Below are positions 27,216-41,234 of a stretch of DNA of 64,000 nt, piece by piece. Both the position numbers and the translations under genes were made by a program. Where the stretch lies: NCBI GenBank assembly GCA_951406725.2, contig OX597823.1, positions 113,708,001-113,772,000 on the forward strand, written 5' to 3'. Below the pieces are notes generated by a model. That model did not search any database. It worked only from the letters and a program-made list of their open reading frames with translations, and was not told the DNA's origin. Source of the DNA: Octopus vulgaris. Its lineage: Eukaryota. Each line of letters opens with the position of its first letter. Position 1 is the first letter of the stretch.

Positions 27216-29302
27216 GAAACGCGTGTAACGGATATACAGCTATGAGGTAGAATCAGTTCCACGACATTGTTACAATTCTGGATTTACTGATGAATTTTAT
27301 CCAATATTCTTCTACAGTTTCAGTTCACCATTTTACTTATTAGAATTGGGTCGATCTAAAAACATGCTCAAGATGCCTTATGAGCGAATGTAGAACCGTG
27401 ATATTGTAATGTGAACTTTTTCATCTTGGTCAGTAATGTAGAAATAGAGTTAGCTGAAGTTTTGACCAACAACACGTGCTGGATACGCGATTGTCTGGTA
27501 GATATTGAGTGATAGATACGATCCGCTACAGAGCATTCGAATTTTTCAGCATATAAGTGCGTGAAGAACCGACACTTAAAGTAAAAATTGCATTGTGTAT
27601 ATAGTAGGAAATATAGGCCGAAGGTGTCGCGCAGCGGGTCCGTACCCAAAACCATGGAGTGGCAAAATAAGCTTTTTAAATACACTGTTGGGGCTGTGTG
27701 TATTCTGATAAAACGCATTCATATCTGGAAGTCGTAGGTCTGGTGTGCTAGGGTTCCTTAGTGTTTCAAGAACAAAAAAGGGGAGGTAATTGGATATCAT
27801 AGTCATAGAATGAGATTACTGTAAAATGATGTGTCGGTCAAGGCTAGTATGTTTTGATCATAGTTCTGATAAACAGAATCTGACCTGGAATCAAATGACA
27901 ACAACATTAACAAATAATATCGTTTCAGCTGGCACCAAAGTTCATGAGTGTCGATGCGTGTGTTTGATTGGTGAGTATGTGCTGCATGTGTATGTGTGTA
28001 TGTTAGTTCGAGAATATATGGGAACGGCAATGTATGAGGAAAATTTACTTTTATTTCTGTCGCATGACAACGATTCTAAAATAAGTATAAAATAAGTAGG
28101 TTTGATGTTGTGTATATATTGGCAATAAAAACGATCACATGAAACCGTTTCATGAAAAAGACTTTTTGACGTTAATTAAACAGATTCCCAGCCAATAATT
28201 TCTAACTTTTATTACTTCAAGAATCCAAATCTTTGTTAGAACATATTGATTTATTCATCAATTATATTTAAATCATATCTACCATTTTCTAAGTTTATGA
28301 TTACTGGCTAAATCAGGAAAGATATTTCTAAGCACAAATCTATAATTTTAATTGATAGAAATATTTTCTTAAACATAATAATTAGTATTTTTCAGACAGG
28401 ATATAGCTGGAAATTACAGTCTATGTTGCAAAACTTCGTTTGTGTAATCTTAGAGCAAAGTGCGATGATAAACTGATTCTATATGAAATAACATTCCATA
28501 AATCCAAGCCGGCTTGATTGTAGTAATTTGCGTAAATGCACATAACATTTTCGTTAACAACTTAATAACTATTGCACATTCATATAATAATAAAATTCAT
28601 TGCATAAATAAAAGTCAATGACCCCCATTATTAACTCGCCTACCTTATATTTATGGAAATACATATTTCCGTTGGCATTCATCGTAGTTGGACTTATGTG
28701 AATTATTCAAGTAATATATTTGTCGCATTAATTTAACTTGGTGATTGACTTATAGAAATACATTTAAGGAAATTAATATAATGGGAATATAGAGAACTTT
28801 ATTACTGCAGTCGTTACTAATGCATTTCATTTCGGCTCTGTAATTTCAATATTGATTGTCAGTAAATACATGACATGACGCTTCGGATACGCTTCGCAAT
28901 GTAACAACAATGGATGGGTCTCATTTCACTGGAAGAAAAAGCGTGGAGTAACGTTTACAAAATAAAGCATTAGAATTTTAGAAAATTGTAATAAATACAT
29001 ATATTATGCAGACATCATGTATGATGTGTAGGTAAACGAATTTTGATCTAATTGCATCGTTTTAACATCTAATACAAAAATATATCAATCCATTACAATT
29101 CAGAAGGTAAAAGCTTAAGGGCAATATGAATTACGAAAAACCTTATATTTCAGTATTGTAAAGTTAATGACTTGACCGATATACGATCTTACACCATGAA
29201 CACATCTAATCTATCGTGCGTTAAAATATATCTGTATATTCATAAAATGCCTGCAGGAAAGTTATTTCATTCTCATGATCGTCTGTTGCCAGTGGAGCTT
29301 AA

Positions 29303-29522
29303 CCCTATAGCATTCAAACAAGCCATATCCGACGCAAATATTTTATACATTTTATGTTTAAACAGGCCACATCCCGCCTCTCACACCTACCCTACAGTGT
29401 CATTCTAAATATAGACAATCACATCATCAAAATCATGAAGCTCTGAGATAATGCAGAATTAATATGAACTAATGTGGATAAATAAGCATTACAATTGATG
29501 AATTAATATGAATGCTAAAGGG
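29303..29522. mobile_element. piggyBac-type MITE
   Basis: TTAA-ccctatagcattca ... tgaatgctaaaggg-TTAA: TIRs start with CCC and are flanked by a TTAA TSD. Confidence 0.85.
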
Positions 29523-30003
29523 TTAAAACATTTGAAGAAATCTTTTTTTAATAAAAAACAAGTCCGCTTACTATATATTGAACGCTGTTCCAGTATGTTC
29601 TACATTCATACAACTATACAGTTTAGATTGCCAGAGAGTATATGTCCTGTAATATATTCACATATGTGTACAGCATTCACTGTACCTGAAACACCGTTCT
29701 TTTGAATAGTTATTCTCCACTTTATAAGCATACAAATATCTCACACGTGACACCTGTAATAAACAGCTTTGCAGTACAACACAAATCAAACAGAACATTT
29801 TCATAATTTAATAAACTGTTGTAGTTGATTCTTTAATAAACCGAAACGTGTTCGCAATGTTTTCGTTTCTAAAAGCTTTGGACAATATTTATTTACAGAA
29901 TATACACTCCCTGGAATTACCTTCATGTCCATATTTGTGTATGTTGAACATACATAACGAACTCATCTAACAGCCAACCTATAGACACACACACACACAC
30001 ATA

Positions 30004-30522
<519 letters not shown>

Positions 30523-31316
30523 TGCTTTTTATCGGTAAATTCTAAAACAGACTCAATTCCACACATTTTGATGGAAGAACTATTGTCGATTGTATCAACA
30601 AGATTACTTATCTAGGCATTGTATTTTATGCTTACCACAAGTAATAATGAAATCCCATGTTGACTTTAAACAGATTTATAATCAAAACACAAATTAACCT
30701 CAGTAAATATGGCAAGGATTTTTCTTCCTTTTTCTTTCCCAAAAACCTCTTAGTTTAGAAGTAATATCTAACTAAAAATTCGAAATATATAAATGTAACT
30801 AATTATAGAAAATTAAATTAATTAGTTTGTTCCTTTAAATTTTTTTCGAAAAAGACAATCAGAAATCTTCTAACCCTGGATAAAATTCCTACCATTTTCC
30901 CGTTATTTATACTTGTTGTCATTACATATTCATCAATTTTATTTTTTATGCGTAGGTTTGTATTGATTCCTCCTTTATTTTTTTCTACATATTTTCGGGA
31001 ATCTTTTGCCTTGGTTTTGCTATATAACACAGCTATAAAATATAACAAAAAAACTATATATATATATAAATATTTAGTGCAGAAGAATATGTTACGTGGA
31101 ATCTCTCTGAGATGTGATCGGAATAAATAACCTTATAACAAATGTATTAACAGTTGTTTAACACCTAGATACGTCGACTAAAAATAAATCGATAAATGCG
31201 TTATCAAATATTGATGTTGTTTTATCAGTTTTCTTCTTACTTTTAGGAAGATTATTTTGTTGTTGATGTTGTTGCTGCTTGTGATAATACTTCTTTTCAG
31301 TATTATAAGAATCATC

Positions 31317-31320
31317 ATCA

Positions 31321-31388
<68 letters not shown>

Positions 31389-31404
31389 GTTGTTGTTGTT
31401 GTTG

Positions 31405-31442
<38 letters not shown>

Positions 31443-31531
31443 GTTATTATTATTTTCTTCACCAACATCACCATAACCTCTATTATCATTATTATCGTCA
31501 GCAACTTCACCATCTTCGTCGTCAACAAAAT

Positions 31532-31627
<96 letters not shown>
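31317..31627. repeat. Compound trinucleotide array: (ATT)n(GTT)n(ATT)n, then (AAC)n(AAT)n
   Basis: Read directly from the sequence. Confidence 0.95.
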
Positions 31628-31628
<1 letters not shown>

Positions 31629-32480
31629 CTTCGTTATCAACATTTCTACCGTTAATATAATTCTAAATTTCTTCCTCTGAAACTTTAGCGTTCGGAGAAC
31701 GTGCCTAGAATATGGATTAAACAAAATTGGAATCAAATGAAAATTGACGATTTCCTTTTTTACGATACAAACTAAAAGACATACTAAAGAATTTCTGTCA
31801 AAATTATTAAACGAACGGTGATATTATCACTTTCTAGAAATTTCACACAATTTTTCTTATTATTATTCGCGTTTTTCTTTTCTTGTTTTTATACATTTAT
31901 TTTTTTTTTACTTTTAGTTTTACAAATAATTACTTCGTATTCTTACAGAAGTGGCACCTCTGACCAATGTTATGGTGTAAGAAGACAAACATTTATCGAA
32001 TAAATAATTGGTTTCTAAAAGATTATTTGACTATACGTATCGTTTCGTCTAATCCTATTCACCTTTGAAAACTTTCGATTTTCTCCGTTATATTTTTTCT
32101 AATTCTCAGTAATTCTTTTACTGGTTTCAAAATTTGGAGTAACTATGCTAGAATTCTATCTTCAAGGATTGTAGCAGATCATATCCATGCAGTAATTAGC
32201 CAAAATAAATTATCAGTGATATTTTATCGATTGCCAGCAAGTGTAATGACGTTATGCATTAGAAGATAGTGACCTCCCTGTTTGTAGCATGAATACGAAA
32301 ATGTATTATCATCGATCTACAGCGGCAGAGACAAACACGAAGCCAGACCTACAGAGGCATATGCACACATACCATTCGGAAACTGACGTATATGATCACA
32401 CATACATGCGCAATAATCTATACACATACAATTTATACATGTACTTCTGCATCTTTTTCATAGCATTTTACCGACGGCCG

Positions 32481-32541
32481 GATAACTAAAGAGATGGCGG
32501 CGTGGATTTCCATCCCGACTACCGAAACTCCGAGATTTATC
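32481..32541 (+). ncRNA. Decayed hammerhead of the 5154/41090 family
   Basis: gataa-CTAAAGA-gatgg..gtgga/tccat..-GAAA-ctccgag-at-ttatc; G5 and U16.1 are mutated. Confidence 0.5.
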
Positions 32542-32623
32542 ATGGCTACCGAATAATTAATTGTCACATATTACATATTTACATATATATATATAAGAAA
32601 AAAGCAACAAGAATGGATCAATA

Positions 32624-32712
32624 TTTCGGTACAATTGTTTCGTACAAAGACAGCTTTATTAAGTCTGCAAATATTGCAGTAAATATAAGTGACCCATACT
32701 CATCAGCCGAAA
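32624..32712 (-). ncRNA. Type I hammerhead ribozyme, canonical core, long stem II loop
   Basis: Minus strand: UUUCGG-CUGAUGA-GUAUGGG...UUUGUAC-GAAAC-AAUU-GUA-CCGAAA; stem I of at least 6 bp; palindromic ACAAUUGU stem III; GUA site. Confidence 0.85.
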
Positions 32713-33504
32713 CAACATCTGGGTTCTCCAACCATCTAAGGGGGTGAAAGAAGAACACAAGTGACGTCAACATTCACAACAGCTATTTCGGCAGTATTTT
32801 TGTGATGCATTCAAACTCTGGCCACTGATCAGATATCATGCATGGTTATATCAAATAAAAAAAAACCATAAATATTCAAGATGGTCGTACGGATAAGAAA
32901 CCTGACTAAATGATTAAGGACACATAGATTGTCGCCATTCTCCCCGACTCTGAAACACATAAACACTCTTAGCCGTATGCATTCAATTATGTTGTATATA
33001 TATATACATATATCTGTCAATAAATCACGGTTTCGCGCTAGGAGCACAACGGAGTCTTAGGTAAAAATCCGATTATATAACCCTACGATCATGAGAATGA
33101 AATGTGGCGACTACTCCCTATCGTTGCGGTTGCTGTGAAAAGTGGATGAAACAAAAATAGGTAGATGATTAAGTTAAGATTTATGACCGCTGGTACTGAA
33201 ACACCGCCACTGAATTAGTAAGATATATCTTGAAGTGTTTGTGTGAAGTGTGTGCTTCTTTGAGGTTGGTGTTCTTGTGAAAATTGGGAAAAGGGTTGGT
33301 GTTCTTGTGGAAATTGTGGAAAAGTGTTGCTAAAAGTAACAGCTAAGGAGGAGGCAGTGGTAGCAACAACTGATGCTGGACACTTGATGGATGATTGATA
33401 CTATACTGACCACAGAGATATCTAAAGTAGGTAGGTTGGTTTAATTTGGTAAGGTTAGGGTTAGGGTTCGGGTTTTATTTGTAATCATATGACTCTGTTA
33501 TTTT

Positions 33505-33634
33505 TTTGCACTCACCAAGGAGGTTAAGTTTATGCCGGCGCTGGTTTGGTAAAATGGGCAATTTTAAGCATGCGTGTATATGGGTGGAAATGAGCTGCTT
33601 GGAAGAGGTCTGCGCTCTCCGAGTGCTTTTCTAG
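33505..33634 (+). mobile_element. HINE (non-autonomous Helentron/DINE-like element)
   Basis: Subterminal IRs ctcaccaag / cttggaagag; 3' hairpin gcgctc-tcc-gagtgc followed by CTAG; T-rich flanks. Confidence 0.65.
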
Positions 33635-33974
33635 TTTTTATAAAGTAATAATTTATCAAATGTTCACATGTTTTGATTAGTTTATATTTTATTAAAAATC
33701 CTTACGTACAATATGGTTTAGATGTTTAAAATCCTAAGCCGAAGAATATATAAGAGCATATCCATGAAGAAAAATAAAAACAAAAAAGTTACAAATGACA
33801 GGTTATGATATATTTTATATATTTATTTATTATTATTTAAAAACATTTTTTGGCTAGACCATGTACCTATTGTCTGGGTTTCTTTTTCCAAAGTTGCGGG
33901 ACCTTAATACGTCAACACAGTTTGTGAAGTGGTAATGGAAAAAACCAAAGGCACAGATGTACACGCGCTCACAT

Positions 33975-34125
33975 ACGGGTTTTCTTTCAATTTCAGTCTG
34001 CCGAATTTAGTCACAAGGCATCGGTTGGCCTGGAACTCTAATAGATCGTATCCGATCAACTTGCCACGCAATGGAACAGAAACCGAAACCATGTAGTTTG
34101 GAAGCCAATTTCTTACCACACAGCT
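33975..34125 (-). mobile_element. SINE family A head, degenerate
   Basis: tctttcaatttcagtctgccgaattt..cacaagg..cttaccacacagc. Confidence 0.65.
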
Positions 34126-34492
34126 ACACACACATATACACATATACATATGTACATACTTGCATACATACATACGTACGTACGTACACACACACACACA
34201 CATATATGGATACATACATACACACTAACATACAGAGACACTGAAGGCGATCCATGTAAACAGCGAAGTATAAAATATAGAACCACAATAAAGAGTCCAT
34301 TCCATTATTGAAGGTTTTAGCAATGAAAAGAAGTCCTCTGATGTCAGAAAATGACCTAATCCAAATATTTCCGAGCTTGAACTGAACTTCCAAATGCGCT
34401 GTACTATCAATATATGGTATCGTTACAACTTATCATTAGGTGATTTACTATTGTAACATAACTTCGAATCTCTATTTATTTAAGATGTGCAG

Positions 34493-34895
34493 ACGCAGGA
34501 GTGGTTGTGTGGTAAGTAGCTTGATTACCAACCACATGGTTCCGGGTTCAGTCCCACTGCGTAGCACTTTGGGCCAGTGTCTCCCACTATAGCCTCGGGC
34601 CGACCAAAGCCTTGTGAGTGGATTTGGTAGACGGAAACTGAAAGAAGCCCGTCGTATATATGTACATATATATGTGTGTGTGTGTTTGTGTGTCTGTGTT
34701 TGGTCCCCCCAACATCGCTTGACAACATATGCTGGTGTGTTTACGTCCCCGCAACTTAGCGGTTCGGCAAAACAGACCGATAGAATAAGTACTAGGCTTA
34801 GAAAGAATAAGTCCTGGGGTCGATTTGCTCGACTGAAGGCGGTGCTCCAGCATGGCCGCAGTCAAATGATTGAAACCATTAAAAGAGTAAAAGAA
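34493..34895 (+). mobile_element. SINE family A, near full length
   Basis: gcaggagtggttgtgtggtaag..ggttcagtcccactg..gagtggatttggtagacggaaactgaaagaagcc..ggtgctccagcatggccgcag. Confidence 0.92.
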
Positions 34896-36014
34896 TACAC
34901 CAAATAATAACCAATCAGTTACTCAAGCTGAAGGCTCATGTTTAGATCAATATATTGATACGCTGTCATATTAGCAAATCTAGCAGCATATGCAAATCCG
35001 CATCAGAAATAAAAACAATTCAATATATAATCAACCGTGAGAGTTATTGGCCAATCAGAACTGTAGGTAACTCAATTAGGCTTCCGGAGAAAAATTGACA
35101 TCCAAACTGGAAGTGTCAGTTGTACAAGTGGTTGGGGATACATCATAATTTATTACATTAAATCGAAAAAAAAAAAAAAAAAAATCTGCAGAGCAGTTGA
35201 TTGAAATATCTTCTTTCAACTGACTATAAATCTCACGACCCCGCTTAGAATCAGTGACCAGCAGCATAAACTCCCTCCAGAGACTGACACCAAATTCAAA
35301 ACTAACTCTATCAAGTTTTTGAAGTAAACCACTGATACTAATTCATTAAAGCAATATTGTACAGATAATAAGAAGTATTGCTAATGACAGCACTGCTTAT
35401 ACCATTTCAAGTGTATGTTTGTGAGCGTGCGTGCACACACATATCTGTGTGTGCAATCTCCGTGTTTAAGTATTGCCACAGGTCTCTGAGTATTTTTTCT
35501 ATCAATAATCGTCCATTTCAGTCGGGAAGTTTCTGTCGTGTTATCTATGTGACATGTGTTTCAGTACATTTGCAAATTCTCGGTGTTATATGAGTGTTGA
35601 GTCATCTAGAGATTAAGTCTAAACACAACGAACAATAAATAACCTCTGGCTGGTGATTTATAAATATAACGGTCACATATTCAAATTCCAGCGGTAATGG
35701 CTACATTAATCAAATGGGGTGATGTTAGAACTAACACACCATTAACACTCTCAAAAGTTTAGACTACGAAGGCTTTGAAAAGTTTGCGATAGATTTGGTA
35801 ATGATACTGTCCCATATAAACAGTAACGACCTGAGAAGGAAGTATGAAACAGATAGTCATAAAACTTGCAAAAGTTACGACCGCAGGAGATTATATACAT
35901 ATATATGTATATATATAAACATATGAAACTATCAGTAACACTTGAAGATATATATCTTGTCCTTTAAATAAATGTAAACATATATATATATAGCGGCGTC
36001 CGTACCCTTGTTGG

Positions 36015-36084
<70 letters not shown>

Positions 36085-36090
<6 letters not shown>

Positions 36091-38490
36091 TTAAAGATAA
36101 AACAACTATTAGGCAAATCAAACAGTGAAAATGATAATCCAATACATAGAAATAAAATTAATTAAAAAATATAAAATTCCAAATTAAAATATTTAAATTA
36201 AAGTTAAAATTTTAAAAATTATTTAAATAATTTAAACTTATAAGTTTTAAATATATATATATATATATTTATTATTATTTTATTTTATTTATTTATTTAT
36301 TTTGTTTTAATATTTTATTTATTTATTTATTTTTTTGTAAATTATATAACTATCAAAAAGTATTAAACGTTTAACATAAGATAAAGAGTAAAAAGACTAC
36401 GATCGTTTCATGCCCATAACCAATTCGAATAACAATAATAATTCGAATTATTTTTTACAGTCAATCTTCAGGTTAATTGTAATATTTTAATAAGTAATCA
36501 GAAATATTTAAACAATATTTTTAAGAAATAAATAATATAATTTTACTTATAAAAACTCTATTATCAAACTAGAAACTTAACGATTATGATTATATCAAAA
36601 CATCAATTATAATGCTAAATATTAATTTTAATTTTTAAGTTTTAAGTTTTAATTTTTAAGGTAAGAAACCCACCAATAATCTAATATCAGTAATAGTCAA
36701 TATCTAATTACATAAATATTTTGCAAAAAAACTATTATATTATTAAAAATATAAAATTTAAATAATATATAAATTATCAATGAAAAAATATATATGTATA
36801 TAAATATTATAATTAAGATCTAAAATAATCTCTATAAATAAATATATATGCACATATAATAAAGACCTAATAAATTCATTTTTCATATCTAAAGATGAAA
36901 TAACTAATTACAAACATACAAACAAACAATCTTAAACGAACGCAACAGCAAATTAACTACCTTTATATCTCGTTAGTTAAATAATAACTTTCAGAAATCT
37001 TATATTTAAAATACTTAAAGAAATAATCAATTCGTAGTTATATAGTATCCAATAAATACTATAAATAATGACTAAAAATATATTTATCAATGGGAATAAT
37101 AAATCTAGCAAATATCAATTTAAAAAGACAATAGATAAGTTAAAATAATAATTATAAGAAATTTAAAACTATAATTAATGCTATTAATACATGTATATAC
37201 ATAAAACTAACTTTAACAACTTGTATACTTGCTATCAAACATATCTATCGCTAAGTAAATTCTTACGAATAAACTTAAAGCTAATATCTAATAATTATAT
37301 AGAAAATTACGATAATTAGATCATTACATAAACAACGATATTTACATAAAAAACAATATTATTACACCATAAGACTTATAAAATATTAAAATTTAAAGAT
37401 CTTAAATATAAATAAATACTTAGCTTAGCGAGGTTTTGTGATGAACTAAAATTTTGAATCGGAAAACGTCTTTATATATATATTGTTGTGAATAGTTCAG
37501 CTGGTACAGTACTTCTTGACATACTTTGCTTGGCTTGGAGACTGAAAGTCTACAATGCAAAGTTATAGTCCTTTGTTTTAGAAAGAGTAATGAGCTTTTA
37601 GGGGACATTTGGCCTTGTGCCGGTCAGGGAGAGTTCGCTGTAAACACCCCTTAAAAGGGAGGAAGTTTGAGCTGTGAAAGACAGTCGGCATTTGGGAATC
37701 AGGGCGGACTGTCAGGATTTGGGATTCAAGGCAAGCAGTTGGCAGTTGGATTGTACAGCGAGTTAGTAATGGTTTGTTCTGCTGTGACAGAGAGAGATAT
37801 ACAGAGGATTAGGCAGCTAATGGAGATGGAATACAATGTGAGGCATTGGCTGATGTAACGGTATGTGTTAATTGTATGTGCTGATATGTGAATTATGTAA
37901 AGAGACTATAACGAACTGTTACAGAAGTGAGTAAAGGACTTGTTGATGTGTTGATTATTGAGTTGTGTTACCTATGTAAAAGAAAGAGAGAAAAAGAAAG
38001 GCTCTGTTGTAGTCTTTAATGAACATTGAACATATATGTCTTTAATGGGATTTGAACTGTAAAGTTAATGGGATTTGAAACAGAACTCTTGTCTCCGGAC
38101 TGTATATTGCATCAATCTGAACCGTTATTGTACCCGAATGCTGTGATCTGTTGTATACCTGTATTGATTTGTTGTTTTCTTGAAATGCTGTTGTTATTGC
38201 ATTTGATGTGTTGTTACTTGCATGTATTTCCTCTTTGATGTATCTGATATGTAGTTGATGTTGTAACAATTATAAAGTATTATAAACTGTCGTTAAATGT
38301 AGGCCGATTGCCTCTGTGTACCTTCTTGCTGCTGTTGTTGTTGTTGTCTCTCTCCTCTCTGAGTTCCGTGGCGAACATTCTCCGATCGGGCCTGGTCAAT
38401 CGTCGTCGCTCGACTTGTTGGGATCCCGAGTTCGAGTTTGAGCGACGGCAGGTGGGATTCCATAGCAACTTTCGTTTGAGGTCCCTAACA
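36085..38490 (-). mobile_element. ~2.4-kb (TA)n-bounded insertion with no recognisable ORF, containing a hammerhead-like motif; sibling fragment at ~62726-62958
   Basis: attaaatta(a/g)agataaaac.actattaggcaaatca and actacgatcgt are shared with ~62820-62958; internal unity of the whole span is assumed. Confidence 0.5.
36395..36474 (-). ncRNA. Hammerhead-like motif (CUGAAGA core, U.U at the stem II base)
   Basis: Minus strand: AAC-CUGAAGA-U-UGACUGUAA...UUAUGGGCA-U-GAAAC-GAUC-GUA-GUC; palindromic ACGAUCGU stem III. Confidence 0.65.
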
Positions 38491-38599
38491 ATATATATAT
38501 ATAAAATAGAGAGAGAGAGAGAACGAGTTAGAGGGATAGTGAAATAGATGGAGATAGAGAAATATATAGATAGATAGAGAGAGAGAGAGATAATGATTT

Positions 38600-39398
38600 T
38601 CCATCTATCTGGCAGAGTTGCAAGGCCCCTCTTCCAAAATTCACTTATCCGTGACGAAAAATACTCTTCCAGTACTGTTCTGACCTTGTCTACAGAATTC
38701 ATATTTTTCCGTTCAAATGATTTTGAAGACTGCGAAATAATGATAATCAGATGAGGCAATGTCCGGTGAATATGGGGGCCGGGGCATCGTTTCCTATTCA
38801 AACAGGTCAGCCTTTGGAATGTCATCCTCCTTGTATGTGATCGAGCATTATTCTGTTTGAAGAAAAGCTTTCGTCTTGAAACCGAAGACGGTCGCTTTTC
38901 TTCTAGTACAGGTGTCGATGAATTATTAAATGACCAATTCCAAGCTTCTCTGCTAGTTCCTCAACTCTTACGAAGGGATTTTGTTCCACCAGGGATTGCA
39001 AGACGTCCTGGTAGAGCTCTACAGACCTTCCAGGACGAGTCTTGTTTCTAGTCTGTAGTTTCCGACTCGGAATTTCTGGAACCACGTTGAAGCTGGCTTA
39101 TTCTCATTGTCCGATCCCCATATCCTACATTAATAGTCCTCGTACGTTCTGTTCGTGATATTATTTCCGTTCGTTGTTGTCTTTATTGAACTCATAAAGC
39201 AAAATATGCTGATGTGCTCCTTTGTCACTTCCATTATCGCTTCGAAAAAATAACTGTTTAAATCGAACCGCACGCTTCAAAACTTGCACTAAGAAGAAAT
39301 CAATGTACATCTACTACTTTCTTCAATAGCAATTAATGCTGGTCGATTTTCTCGTCCCCCTCAATTGAAAAGACCGCATTATATATGGGATGATCCGA
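38600..39398 (-). mobile_element. Internally deleted mariner element
   Basis: RPGRSVE..LQSLVEQNP..VEELAEKLG..IHRHL; QNNARSHT; VLEEYFSSRISEFWKRGLATLPDRWKII. Confidence 0.85.
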
Positions 39399-39558
39399 TG
39401 CATACATATCTATTTATATAAAGAAAACTGAGGGAAAAAACTTTCAAAGGGGTGTGTTAAACATCCAATTCACTGGTACTTTATATACACATACACACAT
39501 ATCTATGTATGTATGTACGTACGTACGTATGTATGTATGCCTGTATGTATGAGTGTGA

Positions 39559-39608
<50 letters not shown>

Positions 39609-40161
39609 TGGAAGGTTTGGAGATGATGTACAGGTATTTTATATTAGAAGAAATGAAGTACTCAGAAAATCGGATGGCTTATATTTACAGATATTTAAAG
39701 ATATTTATTTGTATATTTACACATCATATAACTTAGATCATATATTAGCGCTTTTTCTTATTCTAGTGGGGTTTTCAAATCAAACTAAGTTCCTGTGTAA
39801 AAAGGTTTGACCAATTTATAGTGGTATTAAGTTTGTAGTGGTGGGGAGGAATATAAGACAGTACAAGAGGATGATGGATGAGGAGAAAGTGAGAGAGAGA
39901 GCAAGAGTGTGCGTGTGTGTGCGTGCGTATGTGTGTGTGTTTTTGTATTTGGACTGTGTGCTAAAGAAAAAGAGGGAAAGGGAGAGGCAAGAAGAAGAAA
40001 ATAACTTTTTTGCTCTGCTGGACAGCATGCTTGCACCAAGGGGGGGGGGTCTAAGATCTTGGGGGAAAAGAATTTCAGTTTTGACCATTTCATAGTGTAA
40101 TTGAGTGTGTGGTGGCAGGGAGGTAGACCATAAATTATATTTCTTTTTATCATTGTGAGAG

Positions 40162-40202
<41 letters not shown>

Positions 40203-40292
40203 GTGTGTGGGTGTCTGTGAGTTTGAGGAAGGGAAGAAAGGAGAAGAGGAAAAAAAAGGAGGAAGGAGAAATAAGTGTGTTGATATTTATAC

Positions 40293-40335
<43 letters not shown>

Positions 40336-40514
40336 CACATATATAAGATATTAGAAAAAATCACCTTTTATCAATTCAAAATGAATAATTAAATTACACA
40401 ATTTAGAAAATTACATATCATAGAAAAGTTAAAATTAAAATGACAATTAAAAGGTAAAGATTAAGTAAATTACAAAAATAATATAATGTATATAATAGGC
40501 AATATATATATATA

Positions 40515-40978
40515 TGACAACTACTGAGTCTGCTGTCTGATTTTCATTTGATTTAGTCTAATATCTCACTGATTAAAAATAAATATTAAGTTTTATCATT
40601 CAGGAGCAACTGGTTCAAGAAATTAAAGTGAAATTGTTTCATTCAAATATTAGAATATCCTTTGTTCAATGTTGTATTTTCCAAAAATCAAAACATATGT
40701 GTAGAACTGTGTGTGTGTGTGTGTGTGCGTGTGTGTGTGTTTAATACAGTCCATACTTGAAAAAGAGACTTTCTTGTGTTGAATTTACAAATGATAGAAT
40801 ACAAATTGACAACTGCTGAGTCTGTTGTCTGATCTTCAATTGATTTAGTCTAATATCTCACTGATTGACAGTTGAATAAATATTAAGTTTTATCATACAG
40901 GAACAATTGGTTCCACAAATTAAAGTGAAATGGTTTCATTCAAATATTAGGATAGCCTTTGTTCAATGTTGCATTTTC
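40515..40978 (+). repeat. Diverged ~170-bp direct duplication (40515-40681 / 40807-40978)
   Basis: tgacaact(a/g)ctgagtctg..gatttagtctaatatctcactgatt..tttcattcaaatattag..cctttgttcaatgttg occurs twice. Confidence 0.88.
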
Positions 40979-41089
40979 GAAATATATATATATATATATA
41001 TATTAATAACACAACAAAAAATGAATGAGACCTCGATATTATGTAAAATAGAGAAATTTATCTATAAATATAATATTAGTTGGTTGTCA

Positions 41090-41152
41090 TAATAAAACTC
41101 AGAGTTTCAGATAACGGGGATGAAGTACGCTCCGGCATCTCATCAGTTATTA
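41090..41152 (-). ncRNA. Type I hammerhead ribozyme, canonical core; relative of the 5154 family
   Basis: Minus strand: UAAUAA-CUGAUGA-GAUGCCGG...CCGUUAUC-U-GAAA-CUCUGAG-UU-UUAUUA; flank ~41026-41065 is homologous to the reverse complement of ~5687-5726. Confidence 0.8.
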
Positions 41153-41173
41153 AGACAAATATTTGTGTGTGTG

Positions 41174-41217
<44 letters not shown>

Positions 41218-41234
41218 TGTGTGTGTGTGTGCGT

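Noticed and set aside
33454-33472. TTAGGG telomere-like repeats
   Set aside because: Only about 2-3 units; too short to call an interstitial telomere
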